From Klebsormidium nitens (taxonomy: Eukaryota; Plantae; Klebsormidiophyceae), in assembly GCA_000708835.1 (NCBI GenBank), contig DF236952.1, forward strand, positions 310,001-374,000: DNA of 64,000 nt. The letters are read 5' to 3'. Below, piece after piece: positions 50,501-62,900 of the stretch. How positions within the stretch are numbered: the first letter of the stretch is position 1; each line of letters starts with the position of its first letter. The notes under the pieces were generated by a model. The model searched no databases, was not told where the DNA came from, and saw only the letters and a program-made list of their open reading frames with translations. Position numbers and translations under genes: made by a program.

Positions 50501-53099
50501 TCATGGGAGACCGCATTACGATTAAAAGTCCTTTTGAATAGCGACGTGACTCACCGAGCTTGCCGCTGCTGTTGGTCTGCCTCAAATTGTTCCCTATTCT
50601 CTTCGATCCATTTCAACCTGGACATCCAAAGAGGATTGAGAAGTGGATTGAGAAGAGTCGCTTCGACCAGCAACTCCCCGTTACAATGGGGATCAATTCT
50701 ATCCGGACAGGGTGCTTTTGTCGAAAAACACGCCTCGTGAGTAACTGTGGGCAAACACCTTCGATAATATGGACGACTTACTCACAGAGTAATCAGGAAC
50801 CTTAATTGCCCGTTCAGAACATGCTCTCCAGATCCATCATGCCATCAAACTTCGCAAGAGACTCAATCGAGCATCAAAACTGCATCAACGAGCATTAGAG
50901 CGCGCGAAACAACAGTACAGACTTTGGAAGCTGGCGAATCAAGGGCATCCGAGCAAGCAGGCACTTCTGCTGGGGGAATAGCTCACTTTGGTTGGACCCT
51001 GATCTTTGCCCCCTGGAATTCCAGATCCTTGTCTAGCAGTCCCTTTGCTTCGTCCTCTGTCGCCAACTCAACAAACACAGAGCCGCTGAAGAGCTTGGTG
51101 CCAGCTTTCATGCGCAGGCGCACGCTCTTCACCTGTCAAATGGACGACACTCATTGTGGCAACAGACCTTAAGAAACGTGTCCATCAAACATAGTACGGA
51201 TTTTTTGACAGCCATGACACTTTCCCTTCTTGAAGGACGACCCTTGTCGACTTTTGACTCCATGTGCACAAAGCTTAAAAACTATTGTTGCAGGTCAACA
51301 TTGAATTCCGTCCAGAGAGACAGTGCAATCGAGGGCTACATTTTTTTTCTTCGAAGCATCATTTGGTAGAGTTGCGAACTCAGGATCTGTAAGCAATTTT
51401 GCTTACTGTTCAGCCAAAGTGCCCCGTTTTCCAACTATTTGGATGACAAACCAGAATGGTGATAGTTTGGAAGGCCTCTCATGAGCCCTACACTTTGGCA
51501 TGCGGCAGAACCAACGAGACCACCTCTTCAGCTGTTGAGCCTCTCAACAAGGCGTTACTCATCGCACCACCACGAACAACTTGCCAAGCTCTGAAAACGA
51601 TCGGTCACCTGAGACCGATCAAGACGTACCTGTGCATGCCCGGCAAAGAAGTCATGAACCTCCTCAAGCGAGATGTTCCAAGGGAAGGGGGTGGCATGGA
51701 TGCTGCGCGCGTCGAACGTCTTGGCTGCCTCTTCAGAGATGGGGTTCTTCCGCTTGACGCGCGTACCTTCACAGAGGAATGGAACACAAAAGACTTACGC
51801 ACAGCAATGAGGCAAGAGACTGGCATGGCAGAAGCAGTGCCAGAATAGTGGTACCCCTTTCAAAGTATCTGAAAAGGCCTTGAGAGTCTTGATGGCAGGT
51901 GTGATTGCAAAAGAGCTCGAAAAAAAGAAGCTTCCCGCCTCAATGCGACGAAAGCAAATGTACCCCGTCTTCTCAGTACGACCTCAGGAGGAACTAGATT
52001 TCGCAATGCAGCTCTCCAAGAAATAATGTAGCCTGACTTTGCTCTTAGTCATACTAGAAGACAAGAAAGTGCCTCACCGCCAGGGTGTCCCAGCAGCAAT
52101 CCGTTGCACAATCCATGACAAGCACACAAAACCCGAGGATGCGGCCCCGATCGGTAACGGTGATGGTAACGACCCTTACCTGCTTCATCTACTTCCAACT
52201 CCGTCGACTTGCTTCGCAGCAATTCTGCAATGCTGTTCAAGAGATCCTTGCTGATGGGTGTGTCCGCAGTCTTGATCCCCAAGTGCTCTCGCATCCGCTT
52301 GAAGGAGCAGAGCAGCTCAAGGTCGACATCTAGATGTAATTGTGGTGGTCAAGGATGAAAACCAGATTGTGGTATCCCTACATTATTGAACATGCTTTTC
52401 CCTGGTTCAACAATCAAACCCTAGATTTAAGCCTCACAAAGAAGCCAAGGAGAAGGAACGATGCAACTGTGCTGAAAAGTAGTTGCACAACAACTTCTGC
52501 CTCCTAGGCGCCAGAACGCATTCTCTGCACAGCGATCCCTCGTACAAAATTCTGATGATAGTAGTAGCCAAGAGGAACAAGCAGATACTCCTTGAGTAAA
52601 TCACATGCAAGAGCCGCACATCCATAACACCTGACTGCAATGTGACCATAAAAGGCAGCAGAAAGCGAAGCTATGAAGGATACAACCATCGCCCTCTTCA
52701 ACCTTGGTCCTTAGGAAGTTGTCCCTTGGGAGATTGCTCTCACTAAAGTAGAACTCAATCTGCAAAGAATGCCGGCACTTTGTCAGCATTGAAGTCTGCA
52801 GCATTCCAACCTCGATTGAAGAGTGAATATCGGATTCTCACCACCACCATCATCAGGCAACCTGTCGAGTGACACGCAAACAAGATGGACATGTAAACAA
52901 TGTTCTAGGTACAAGGAAGCAGGTATCCGAGAGTTTCAAAAGCAGGAACTGATCAAAAGCACACCAGAGGAGATCTTGATGATTGACCTACTGCAAAAAT
53001 GGTGCACCGCAACATCAACATCAACGACATAGTCTAGCCGAAGAAGAACATCACCTGCTTCAGCACCTTCGCTGCGACACCTTCATCAAGACCGGCCAT
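47566..53099 (-). CDS. La1: La protein (La motif, RRM1, RRM2/xRRM, RGG-rich tail, C-terminal NLS)
   Basis: Exons 53055-53099 (MAGLDEGVAAKVLKQ), 52684-52759 (IEFYFSESNLPRDNFL), 52180-52329 (VDLELLCSFKRMR), 51630-51766, 50987-51132 (FSGSVFVEL), ~50555-50619, ~49212-49471 (YDKGLIVSF), ~48288-48445 (FIDYLRGNPGGFVRF), 47566-47920 (RGG tail ending KRVFNDDDEGQRPAKVAKTDS*). Ns at 47694-47725 break the frame in the RGG tract. Confidence 0.95.
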
Positions 53100-54344
53100 T
53101 GCAACTCCTATGGCATGAGCTGAAGCGGACACCCCCTGGCGCAAAGAATGAAACGCAGTATGGTCTTTGTGAGGCGGCTCTTATGCCAATGGAGATCGAA
53201 CCCCTGTAGAAAGAGCAACCAGCAACGTTCGAAGTTTTTTCTTCGAATTGCCTAGCTGTGCTGCACTCAGCCCAAGGCAACAACTGAACGTCTGCAATGA
53301 TGTGACGAGTCTTTGTTGCGGCCGCCTAGCACTGAATCTTTCGAAGCGTCGCGGAGTACCGTGCAGTGAAACTGAGTGAAACCCCGAAACCCCTCAAGTT
53401 GAGGGCGGCCGCGCTCAGCCGCAGTAAGGAGCAGTACGGTTAATTGTTTCGAGATTGTTTCATTGTCCATACCGGTAGTCTGCTTTCTCTGAATCTCTGC
53501 GTCATGGGCCCAAGTGTTATTGAAGCGTGTACAACAAGAAGTGATCTTAAATGGCACCTATCCGACACTGACACTTCCAATGCACATTGCTGCAGCTGCG
53601 ACGACACGTTGCACGGTCGGCACGGGGGTCACGTTGCTCGACGAAATTGGATGCCCCCAGTTAGTACCTTGGACTCCTTCGATCCAGGCTATCAAATGTA
53701 CGCCCTTGGTAGTTTGTCCCTGTCAGTGTACATCGCCCCCAAAATAAAGTCAGTATCAATGGAGAAATCGATAATGGGACAACGAGTCTCATTAGGAATC
53801 ATTCTGGTAAACATCGAGCAATGAGCAACGAGGAATCAATGGCTCAACGGCGGCTACCGTATTAGGGTGGCGCAAACCAAGGGTTGGTTTAACGACGGCC
53901 ACGATCCGACTAAGTCCTGCCAAGACAACCACACGAAGCGGCTAGGTCTGCTGGGCGGCTGGCCTCCGCGGCTAGCCTAGTAGCAAAAGCAAGCAATCGC
54001 GTGCGCTCATGATCATGTTCTTAATTTTCTATTTCAGCTGCAAGTACGATCGAGCATTCATTACTTGTCACGCTCAGTATTCATGGCCACAAGGTCACTG
54101 AACATTATACAAATCGGTAGCTCTAGCTCCTATGCGACTCCATGGCATGCGAAGACCTCCAAACGCGTAGCAGCGTCCATATGAGTCTGTTGGCCAGAAA
54201 CGATAGTGCAGCTCGGCGGCGTTAGATACTGAAAGTGGTACACACATGCTAGGAGCTCTTCATCGTACATAGATCTCTCTGACGGACTCACTAAGGAAGC
54301 CCGGTCCACAGGCGAAATTTGAGAGTGCAAATAGTGCGACGCTC

Positions 54345-56410
54345 TTATGCGAGCCTGGCTCCCTTCAAGGACTTGACTGTGCAGGGACCCGCGGACGTCC
54401 GCATGACTCGCTCTTCAAACCGGGCCTCCAAATCGTCCGACGTGTTCAACTTCGGCTGGACTGCTTCCCATATCTTCTTCTTTTGGACCTGCGAGACAAA
54501 GGGACGGAATGGTTTGTTCGTTGTGCATAAGAGCAGACGGCTGAGGCGACTACCGACGGCCAGAAGAAGCATCAATGCTTGTAAGAAGGAAACAACCGAG
54601 ACATTAACAATGTTCAGGAGTCAATCGTAAAGCAGGGAGTCATTTGGCCTATTTCCAGCAGCATATAAGGCGGGTCGAATCATGTACTGTTCCCTCAGTT
54701 CAAATTATTATTCATCCGTTCAATCGAGCTACGCGATGATACCCCTGTTTGCAGTACGATTTCGAGAGATTCAATACGGGTTTGATGAGACGCTAGTCGC
54801 CCCAGCCGAACAGTCCCTCAAAGGTTCTCTTAAGGCCACCAAAACGACTTGTTTCCCGATGCGAACCATGGTGCAAGAGACCACCCAACGCCTTCGAATC
54901 TCAAGTGGTGACAGAAATGTTTACGAGAAGCAAGTTGCAAGGAGCGAGGGAGCAACCTGGTTTCGCAACATGGGGCGTTACGTGAAACAGTTGGTCAGAC
55001 AAAGGAGGACGCACAATCTGGCCCGGATCTCACAGCGTCCAAGTTTATGACGAAGCCATTAAGAAGCGATATGAAAAGAACAGCGTCTCAGCTTTGCTCG
55101 ACACCTTGCGGGGTAAAATGAGACAATCCAAGAAAGCCAGAGAGAAGAAAGGACGGAAAGTAGCAACGACGGCTCAGGACCTCACCTGGTTAGCGCCCGC
55201 GGCTGCCGCCTGCTGCGATTCCTCCTCGGCTCCAAACCAGATCCGTTCTCCCGGCTGAGCGTCTGTGGGGGGCGTTACTAGCTCGACCACCGTATGCTCA
55301 GCGTCGGATGCAGCGACGAGCATCCCGTTCGACTTGATTCCGCGCATGTTACGTGGCTTCAGGTTTGCAAATACGACAACGGGGCGGTCCTGGGATGGAA
55401 GACGACATAATCCAACTTTTGAACGATTCGAGCAGGTTTAAATGATCCATCCAGGGACTTGACTGGTGAATTTTTGAAAGGAGTCTATTGCTGCTGCAGA
55501 AATTTCTTCCTTTGATTCTTCTTCAATGACACCACGAATCCGGTTTCTCGATCTGCCTTGATTTGAACAAGCATAATTCCAGCCTCAAAAGGAGCTGAAG
55601 ACGACTTCAGGACAAAGAATATCAGAACTCGTCTGATGACTGAAAATGAAAACGCAAATCAGGTAAAAAAGTACTCTGCATCCCTTGGACCTCATACAGA
55701 TACCTCCACAACCCTCCACAACACAATCTCAATGGGAACAGCCATACTGGTGGGGTCTATTGTGCTCAAGCAAGTCAAGACAATCAGGGCCGAAAGTAGC
55801 AAAAGTGTTAAAAAAGAAGGGACAATGCACAGGGATAGCGGCACTTTTCCAGCGAGGGTCACGCAAGAAGAAGCTGAACCGGGTACACAGTGGTTGGAAA
55901 CCACGACCAGTGAATTTTCGTATCAACAAAACAGCCTGCCCCTACCTGCATCTCTTCCAGCGGCACATATCCCACCAGCCCGCTCACAATCGTCCTCGGC
56001 CCCTCCGCCTCCCCCACATCCACCTCCTCCACATACAAGCCGTCGGCTTCCGGGTGCTTCCACGCCTTCAAAACCCGCCCCACCCGAAAGTCTAGCAGCT
56101 CGACCGGGCTGACATCAGCGGCCGGTGCCGGCTTCGCCTCTGTCGCTGCCGGCTTCGCGTCTGTCGCAGCGGGGGCGTCGGCGACCGACACTGCGGCGGC
56201 ATCGCCGTCTGAAGCTCGGGTGAGGAAGGGGTTGCCGGAGAACCGCCTGGTTAAGGGGAGCAATGCTGTGGGTGTGGAGGGTTTTGGAGAGTGGGGAAAA
56301 AGGACAGGAAATGCAGTTTGCAGAGGGAGGTTTGAGCAGGAAGGGGCAATGTGGCAGAGGCTGTGGGCGGTGAGGGCGCGACAGCCCGCAACACGGAGGG
56401 TGAGCGTCAT
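54345..56410 (-). CDS. Stand-alone tRNA-binding OB-fold (EMAP-II/Arc1p/MetRS C-terminal-like) protein with a probable plastid transit peptide
   Basis: Exons 55946-56410, 55186-55389, 54345-54488: [82 protein letters not shown]. The N-terminus is Ser/Thr/Arg/Pro-rich. Confidence 0.93.
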
Positions 56411-56581
56411 GGCTTCGGGGAAGACGGCACTGGGCCAATGCAGGAGTTACTAGAGGACTAGTGGCCCCCAACCTCTGAAAAACACGGAAGAAGTGCCCAG
56501 CTTGGAATATATTATCTATGAACAGCAGTCCAGCTCAGTCCTGATTTGCTGGTTCAGGATGAATTGGCGCCGCCGGAGCCG

Positions 56582-56757
56582 ACTTCAAGTTCAACTTCAA
56601 GTTCAAGCAGCTTTTGAAAACGCACTGGCCTGTCCGAAGAGCACCCAGTCGAAGGACCAGTCGTTACCGCCTGCATTTGGGAGCGAGCACTCGCACGTCA
56701 AGTACTGGAGCCTGGTCGCCGCTAGCGAAGTTGGAACTTGAAGGAACTTGAAGGAAG
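56582..56757. promoter_or_regulatory. Inverted pair of (TTCAAS)n motifs between divergent genes
   Basis: ACTTCAAGTTCAACTTCAAGTTCAA (56582-56607) and GAAGTTGGAACTTGAAGGAACTTGAAGG (~56728-56757), between the starts at 56410(-) and 56934(+). Confidence 0.45.
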
Positions 56758-56933
56758 GCGGTAATGGTTTGTCACTGCTGGATACAGCAGTTACGTCCGA
56801 TCCAATTCCAAAACAACACGCCGCCCCTAGATCAACTCAGACTGGCGGGCACAGCTTTAGCCTTCGAAGTTTTGAGGTTTGATGTCAGCTGCTCAGCCTC
56901 CGGTGGTGCAATCCAATTTCTCTGACCTGCTCT

Positions 56934-59900
56934 ATGGCGAAACCTATGGACGAGGAGGACGACGAGGAGCTGCAGCGTGCGTTTGAGATGAGCCTGGGCC
57001 CTCAGGAGAAACCAGAGAGCAGCAGTCCGAGCAACCAAAGCCTCGAGCCCAGCGCGAAGCGCAGCAAAGCAAGCGCAGAGTCCAGAGAAGTTTCTGTTGA
57101 AGAAATGACGGCAGAGAAGAGTGAGGCGATGCGTCAGAGGGAGCTGCGCGCCGCTGCGGCGGAGCGAAGGATGAGCGCCATGCAGACTGATGCGAGTGTG
57201 GCTAGCGCTATCGGCGCAACTTCTCACACAGCTAGTTCTCCTGTGGCAGCTGTTGCAGCGCAGAAAGTGGAACCAGCTGCCAAGCAGCCTGTTAGATCTG
57301 TGGATAAAGGGAAGGCGTCAGCTGCTGTGGAAGGAGAAAGTGCAAATGTGGGTAGTGCGAACATGGGTAGTGTCAATGTGGGTAGTGTGAGCCAAACCAG
57401 CAGTGCGGCAGCGGTGCCACAGGGGACTGGGAGCAGGAGGCTGACCTCAGCAGAGGCGGAGCGACTATACAGAATTGTGTTTGGGTCGGGGGCTTCGCCG
57501 GAGGTCTTGAACCAGTGGAGTCGGCAGGGGTTCAGGTGTGTTTGCAGCTGGTTTCATTGATGCGAGGACTGTTGTGCTGAGCTTTTTGGTTGAGATGCAA
57601 ATACAGCTTGGCATGACAAATTGCATGAATGCAAGATTGTTGCGGTGTCAATGGAGCAATTGAAACCGCTCGTTGAGTCGGCAGGAATCAAGTGAGTGTG
57701 CAGCAGCTAAATAATGAATGCAGGGATTCTATTGCTGAGCTTGCGCATGTGATGCAAGCAACCGGGTAGAATCTCTAGTGGGCGCATTGACTCACTGCGC
57801 TCAATGAAATGTATCCACTGGGTCTGCGAAAGGGCTCAACAGATGTTGCTGGCTGGAGGGTTTCAATGCAGCTACTTAGTCACACTTAGGGGTCCAACGT
57901 TTTTCTTTAGGTTATTATAACATTCAAATAGCAATCTGCTGCTTCACATGCTTAGCTGAAGTGCTGAATGCATATTAAGCACAAGCTTATCAATCAGATG
58001 TCTCTGGCTTTTGTGGAGCCTGTCTTACCACCCAACGAGCTCGTTCCCTGACCCTTGAAAAAAAGTGAAAGCAAATTCCCATTCCTTGCGGACCTGAGCC
58101 GCATGCTAGTGGTTTACTCCTGTTTACTCCAGCTTTCAGAAGGCAGTTGACCAAAAACCAAAAACAGAGATTGGGAAAGGAATTGCTCAACTCATAGATG
58201 GAATGTGTGGTGAGACAAGCCACCGAGAAATACTGTCACAGCTGGATGGTAGCCGTTGCTCATGGAAAGGAATCGTGTCCTTGCAGGTTTAGCGCTGACT
58301 CATCCACCCCCTTGGGTCTTGTCCAAAAGGAAGGGGGTCCGTGCGGTGTCTTGGCCCCTGTGCAGGTGAGGTCTAGAGCACTCTGGTAACTGAAGAGTGA
58401 CTTAACAGCCGAGTGACTTAAGATAGGCGCCCGGGGGACGGGTGGGGTTAGCATGGTGGTTAGGGTGTGTTCAGGTGCGGAGCGGGTGTTTGTTTGGGTT
58501 AGGTTTTCTAGTTTCTGTGGTCGGGGTTCGTGAATGCAAGTCACTCACCCGTTAAGTCACTCCTGAGTTATCAGTATGTCTAAGAGCTACTTGGTGCAGG
58601 CGTCTTTCCTCTTCCAAAACGGTGACGTATCTGAATTAAGTCCTTGGGAAGGGGCACAGACTCCGAGCATAGTATTTGAATCAAGCTAGAGAAGCCATCT
58701 CTCTGATCTAACCAGGCCCTGTAACATAAGCCCCCTATTCGGGGGCCGAGCTCACTTCCAAGCTGATTCCGACACAGCGGACTGCTTCAAGTAACCTGAT
58801 CACTCCCAGCACTCTTGGCCTCTTCACTTAAGGCGCTCCTTCCAAGCACCTCATCGCACAAACTCCATCTGCAGCGCAGCAAATCTCGATCTTCAAATCT
58901 GGCATAGTTCTACGTACATCCCCCTTCGCTGTAGGGGGCGAGAAATTGGCTGAGGCTCTTGCCCCCCAGACCTGTAAATTGCATCTGTTTCGTTCCAGGC
59001 CCTGCTGCTGAAGCACCTGTTGTACCAGCCCTCCATTACGGGGCCACCCACCGCTGGAAAGGGCCCCAGGAAAGCTGCGGTGAAAGCGGACCTCACTTTC
59101 GAAGATGCAGAGCGGAACCGGTAAGCGGTGTGGCGAGGAGCTTGGGGTGATTTTGCGCGATTTTAAAATATCCTGTATGAAGTTGGTTCCTGTTTGAAGG
59201 GGCTGCGCTTGAGTAAGACAGGGGACCTTTCCCTGTACGACCAACTATTTTTGTATGCGAGATTGCTTGCGGCTCTTGTGATGAGTCCGACGATCTGAAA
59301 CAGGACATTTTCTTTCCTTCCTCAGCACCACTCGCACCACAATTGCGCAGGTGCAAAAGTCCTTTACTTCCGCTTTAACAAGGCTTTGAACTGTGATTTC
59401 GTCGTGAACGTGTGTTTGCCTTCGATGCTGGAATGCAAGTAGCTACGTCTCTTCGTGTTGCCAAGTCACGCCGGTGTCATTGATGTCCTGAAACGATATT
59501 ATTGCGTCGATCCTACCCCGCAGCGCCCTCGTTCTTGCCATGTCCGAAGCCCTCTGGACTGCGGGGGGCCAAACCTCTGCCGTTGTTGCATCTCTCGAGG
59601 CCCCCTCCCCCTCTGGCCAACCTTCGGACGCCCCTACCCCTCATTCGGACGCTTCTCCCCTCCGTGCGGACGCTCTCTCGAACATCTCGGACGCCCTTTC
59701 CCGCGGTTCGGACGCTCTCTCCCGCGATTCGGACGCTGCCTTGGAAGAAAAGCTCCGGGGCGTCTCTCTCGATTCCCCTGCGTCCCTTTCCGGTGTGCTG
59801 TCCGTCGTCCAGTGTCGGACGTCCGAAGACCTGCGACGGGCAGTGCAAGCGGCGCTGCCCGCATTCCGCAGCCGGCTGGGGGCGCTGCTGTTCCTCGTAT

Positions 59901-62900
59901 CGGCGCTGCTCTCGCGAGGGCTCGTGAGTATTCTGTCCTGAGAGCAATGTGTCTTCTTGGATTGTCCTTCTGGAAACGGCTTCTGTCTTGAAAGCCAATT
60001 TGGCTTGGCCGCTCCACATTTCTGGGAGCTTTTCTGGACCGAAACTTTTTGCATCGTGGCATTCCTTGCGAGACGTGATTCGTTCACGGTGATGTTTGCA
60101 TTGGACTTCAGGAGGACTGATCTTCCAATTGAGAGTTTTTTATTTTGTTGTTTTTTTTTTTTGAGGATATTTTGGCCTGTGCGGTCGGGAATGGCTGACT
60201 TGAACAGACTGGGTGTTTCCCAACTAGTAAACAAAGTTCGTAGAACGGACTCCCAAGATGTAGTGACTTTCACGAGCACGAGCTTCAAAAGAAGCGGAGC
60301 AGCAACCTTTCGGTTGGCGATCGTCACCTGACACGTGTCCATCGTGCAGGACGCTATCCAAGGCGATCGGGATGACCCGGAACCCCCTCTCGTCACTCGG
60401 CCGTTCGGCCATGCTTCCCAGGTGGGTGGTTCTTCAACGAAATGCTCGTCAGTGGAGTCCACCAATAAGTGTTGACGAAGCCGACTGATTAAAGAAAAGG
60501 CCGTACAGTGCTGGGCGAGCGTGCATCAAAGTTCCGTGAGACATAAGTAAAGTTTTTGAAGTGTTCGGGTTTCAGATCTGTTGCTGTTCTGAGAAGCGTT
60601 CTCGCTTTCCAACTTTGTGGTTTGGTATCAAGTGCAGACGGCTTGTTCAGCCTTACGGGGGTTGCCGTGACCATGACTCGTCCTCTTCGAGGGCCAGTTA
60701 CACTCCGTCGGAATCGAGCGTAATTCAGATGCCGTTACAAATGTCGGCAATTAAACGCCAGCTGTGGCGTATTTTGTTGATTGCGTTTTGGTTGAGCCGG
60801 AGACACGGGCGCAGACTCGATCAACATGCTGCGAAAGACAGTACACGGAGCACCCTGGCGGAGTGCTGCGTCAGACTACCCAACTTTGCACGGTTTCTAT
60901 CTTTGACTTAACCTGCGACCTACGTATATTGCTGGATTTTGCCGCTTGGAAAGGATTCCGTTGGAATCGAGCTTGGGGTTGTCGTTGCAGGAAATCGTGA
61001 ATCTGCTGCTGTGCGGGCAGGCCGTGAGCAACGTGTTTGACGGTACGATGGACCTGGGGGGCGGCATGCTGGTCAAGGGGATCCCTGGAAGCGTGCAGGT
61101 AGGACACGTGTCGGCTTCTCTCCGGAGCGACGGGGCGGCCCTTGATTGAAGCACGAAATGACGACATGTTAGGTGGGCTTCTGGAGCTTGTACGGATTAG
61201 CAAGGGCAGTTTTTGTTGCAGCGTCGTGGGGGAGTGAACGGGGGTGGCCTAGGCGCTGCTTCGAGCGAGGGCTCTGTCGCACTTGGGCGGACGTTCTCGT
61301 TTATGCTTCCTTCTCTCTTTATAGTATTTGCAGATTTTCGTCTGCTTCGTGAGAGTACTCGCGAGAATGTGTCAGAGCAGGCTCGAGAAATCTACAACCT
61401 AAACAGTTTCTGAAGTTGGCGGACGACCAAAACGATGTCTGTCATTCCCTTCTCCTAACCAGTTCTTTCTTCGTTTACGACCTTTGCCTAGAATCTTCTT
61501 TGCGGGTGTTTCCTCAACGCTGTTGGCAAAGTGGTACGAGGCCCTAAGGTCCCAAGCGCGCAGACTGTTGAGGAAACCCTCGCGTATATAGGTGGGGTTC
61601 TCATGCTGCTGGAAGGACTGAATAGAATCTGATCTTTCTCCTCCTCAACTCTTCGCCCAGATAAGAAAGCCTTTTGCTTCGCAGGTGGGTTTCCTGACGC
61701 TGCTAGAGGGGCTGAACCTGTGCAAAGTGGGGTATCACCTGAAGCACCCGCAGTGGCCCATTTGGGTGGTGGGCTCAGAATCGTGAGTGGCAACGTTTTC
61801 TCGAGGCTTGTGCCTGTGAATGCTTCGCTACTCCAGTTCCTGCTTTTGAAATCGCGTCTCTTTTTCCTAGAGCTCCTAACTGCACCGGACGTGCAGCTCC
61901 TTCCTCGGCAATTGCTTTTGAGTTAACTATGGCGTGTTTGATGTAGACTTGGGAGTTAAGTTTCTTGATGTCTCACCTCGAAGATTGAAATCTGACGGAT
62001 CTTCTTTTTTCCGTCCCCCAACTGTGTCCATCTTCTGACGACTCCCTCTTTCTGACGAGTCTCTTGTGCTCTCGTGTAGGCACTACACGGTCCTCTTTGC
62101 CCTCAGCACGGAAGTCCAAGACGAGTCGGACGCCGAAAGTCGGGTGGGTTTCGGCCCGATGCAACTTCTGAACTTTTGTTGTGATTTGTGTCTCAAGATG
62201 CTTAGTTGCCAAATGCGGCCAGGCAGGTTTGGGAAACAATCACTGCGAGTAAAGTTGACTCCAATTGTATGCACCCGTAGAAGGAGGAATCTGGCGTCAT
62301 TCCTTCCCCTGCTGCTCTCCCGGGCCACAAAGTTATGTGCACCACGTGTTTGACAGCGCACGACATGAGCGCCCACGTGGCAGCCCCCCCGACCAGGACG
62401 AGGTTTGAAAATCGAAGCCTTGAACCCCAGAGTTAAAGAACAATCCCACTTTCCTGCACTATCAGGCGTGCGCTCATTATTTGCAGGCACGAAACAAGCT
62501 GCGCCGTCAGCACCTTCTACCTGCGAAGTTGCAGCATATACGTCCTCAAACCGATTCACCCGTGCAGGAAGAGATGGTGCGCCGCGTGTTTGACGCGCAC
62601 GACACAAGCGGCGGCGGTGGTTTCATTAGCCCTCCCGATCTGGAAAAGCTGCTCACGGAGCTAAAAATGAACCTGCCCGCCGCCACAGTCACAGAGCTGG
62701 GCGCCAACGAGATCATCCTCTGGCAGGACTTCTGGCAGGTGCGCGAGTTAACCCAAACTGGTTAAAACGAATCTTAGGGTCAAGCTGACGGTCAAGCTTG
62801 CGGTTATGGTGGAGATTTACTGTAGTGTTCCTCTCGCAAAGTTTATGGCCGGGGGCCGTGCAATCCATGTCTATTTTGTCTCAGGCGTCAATTTTGAATG

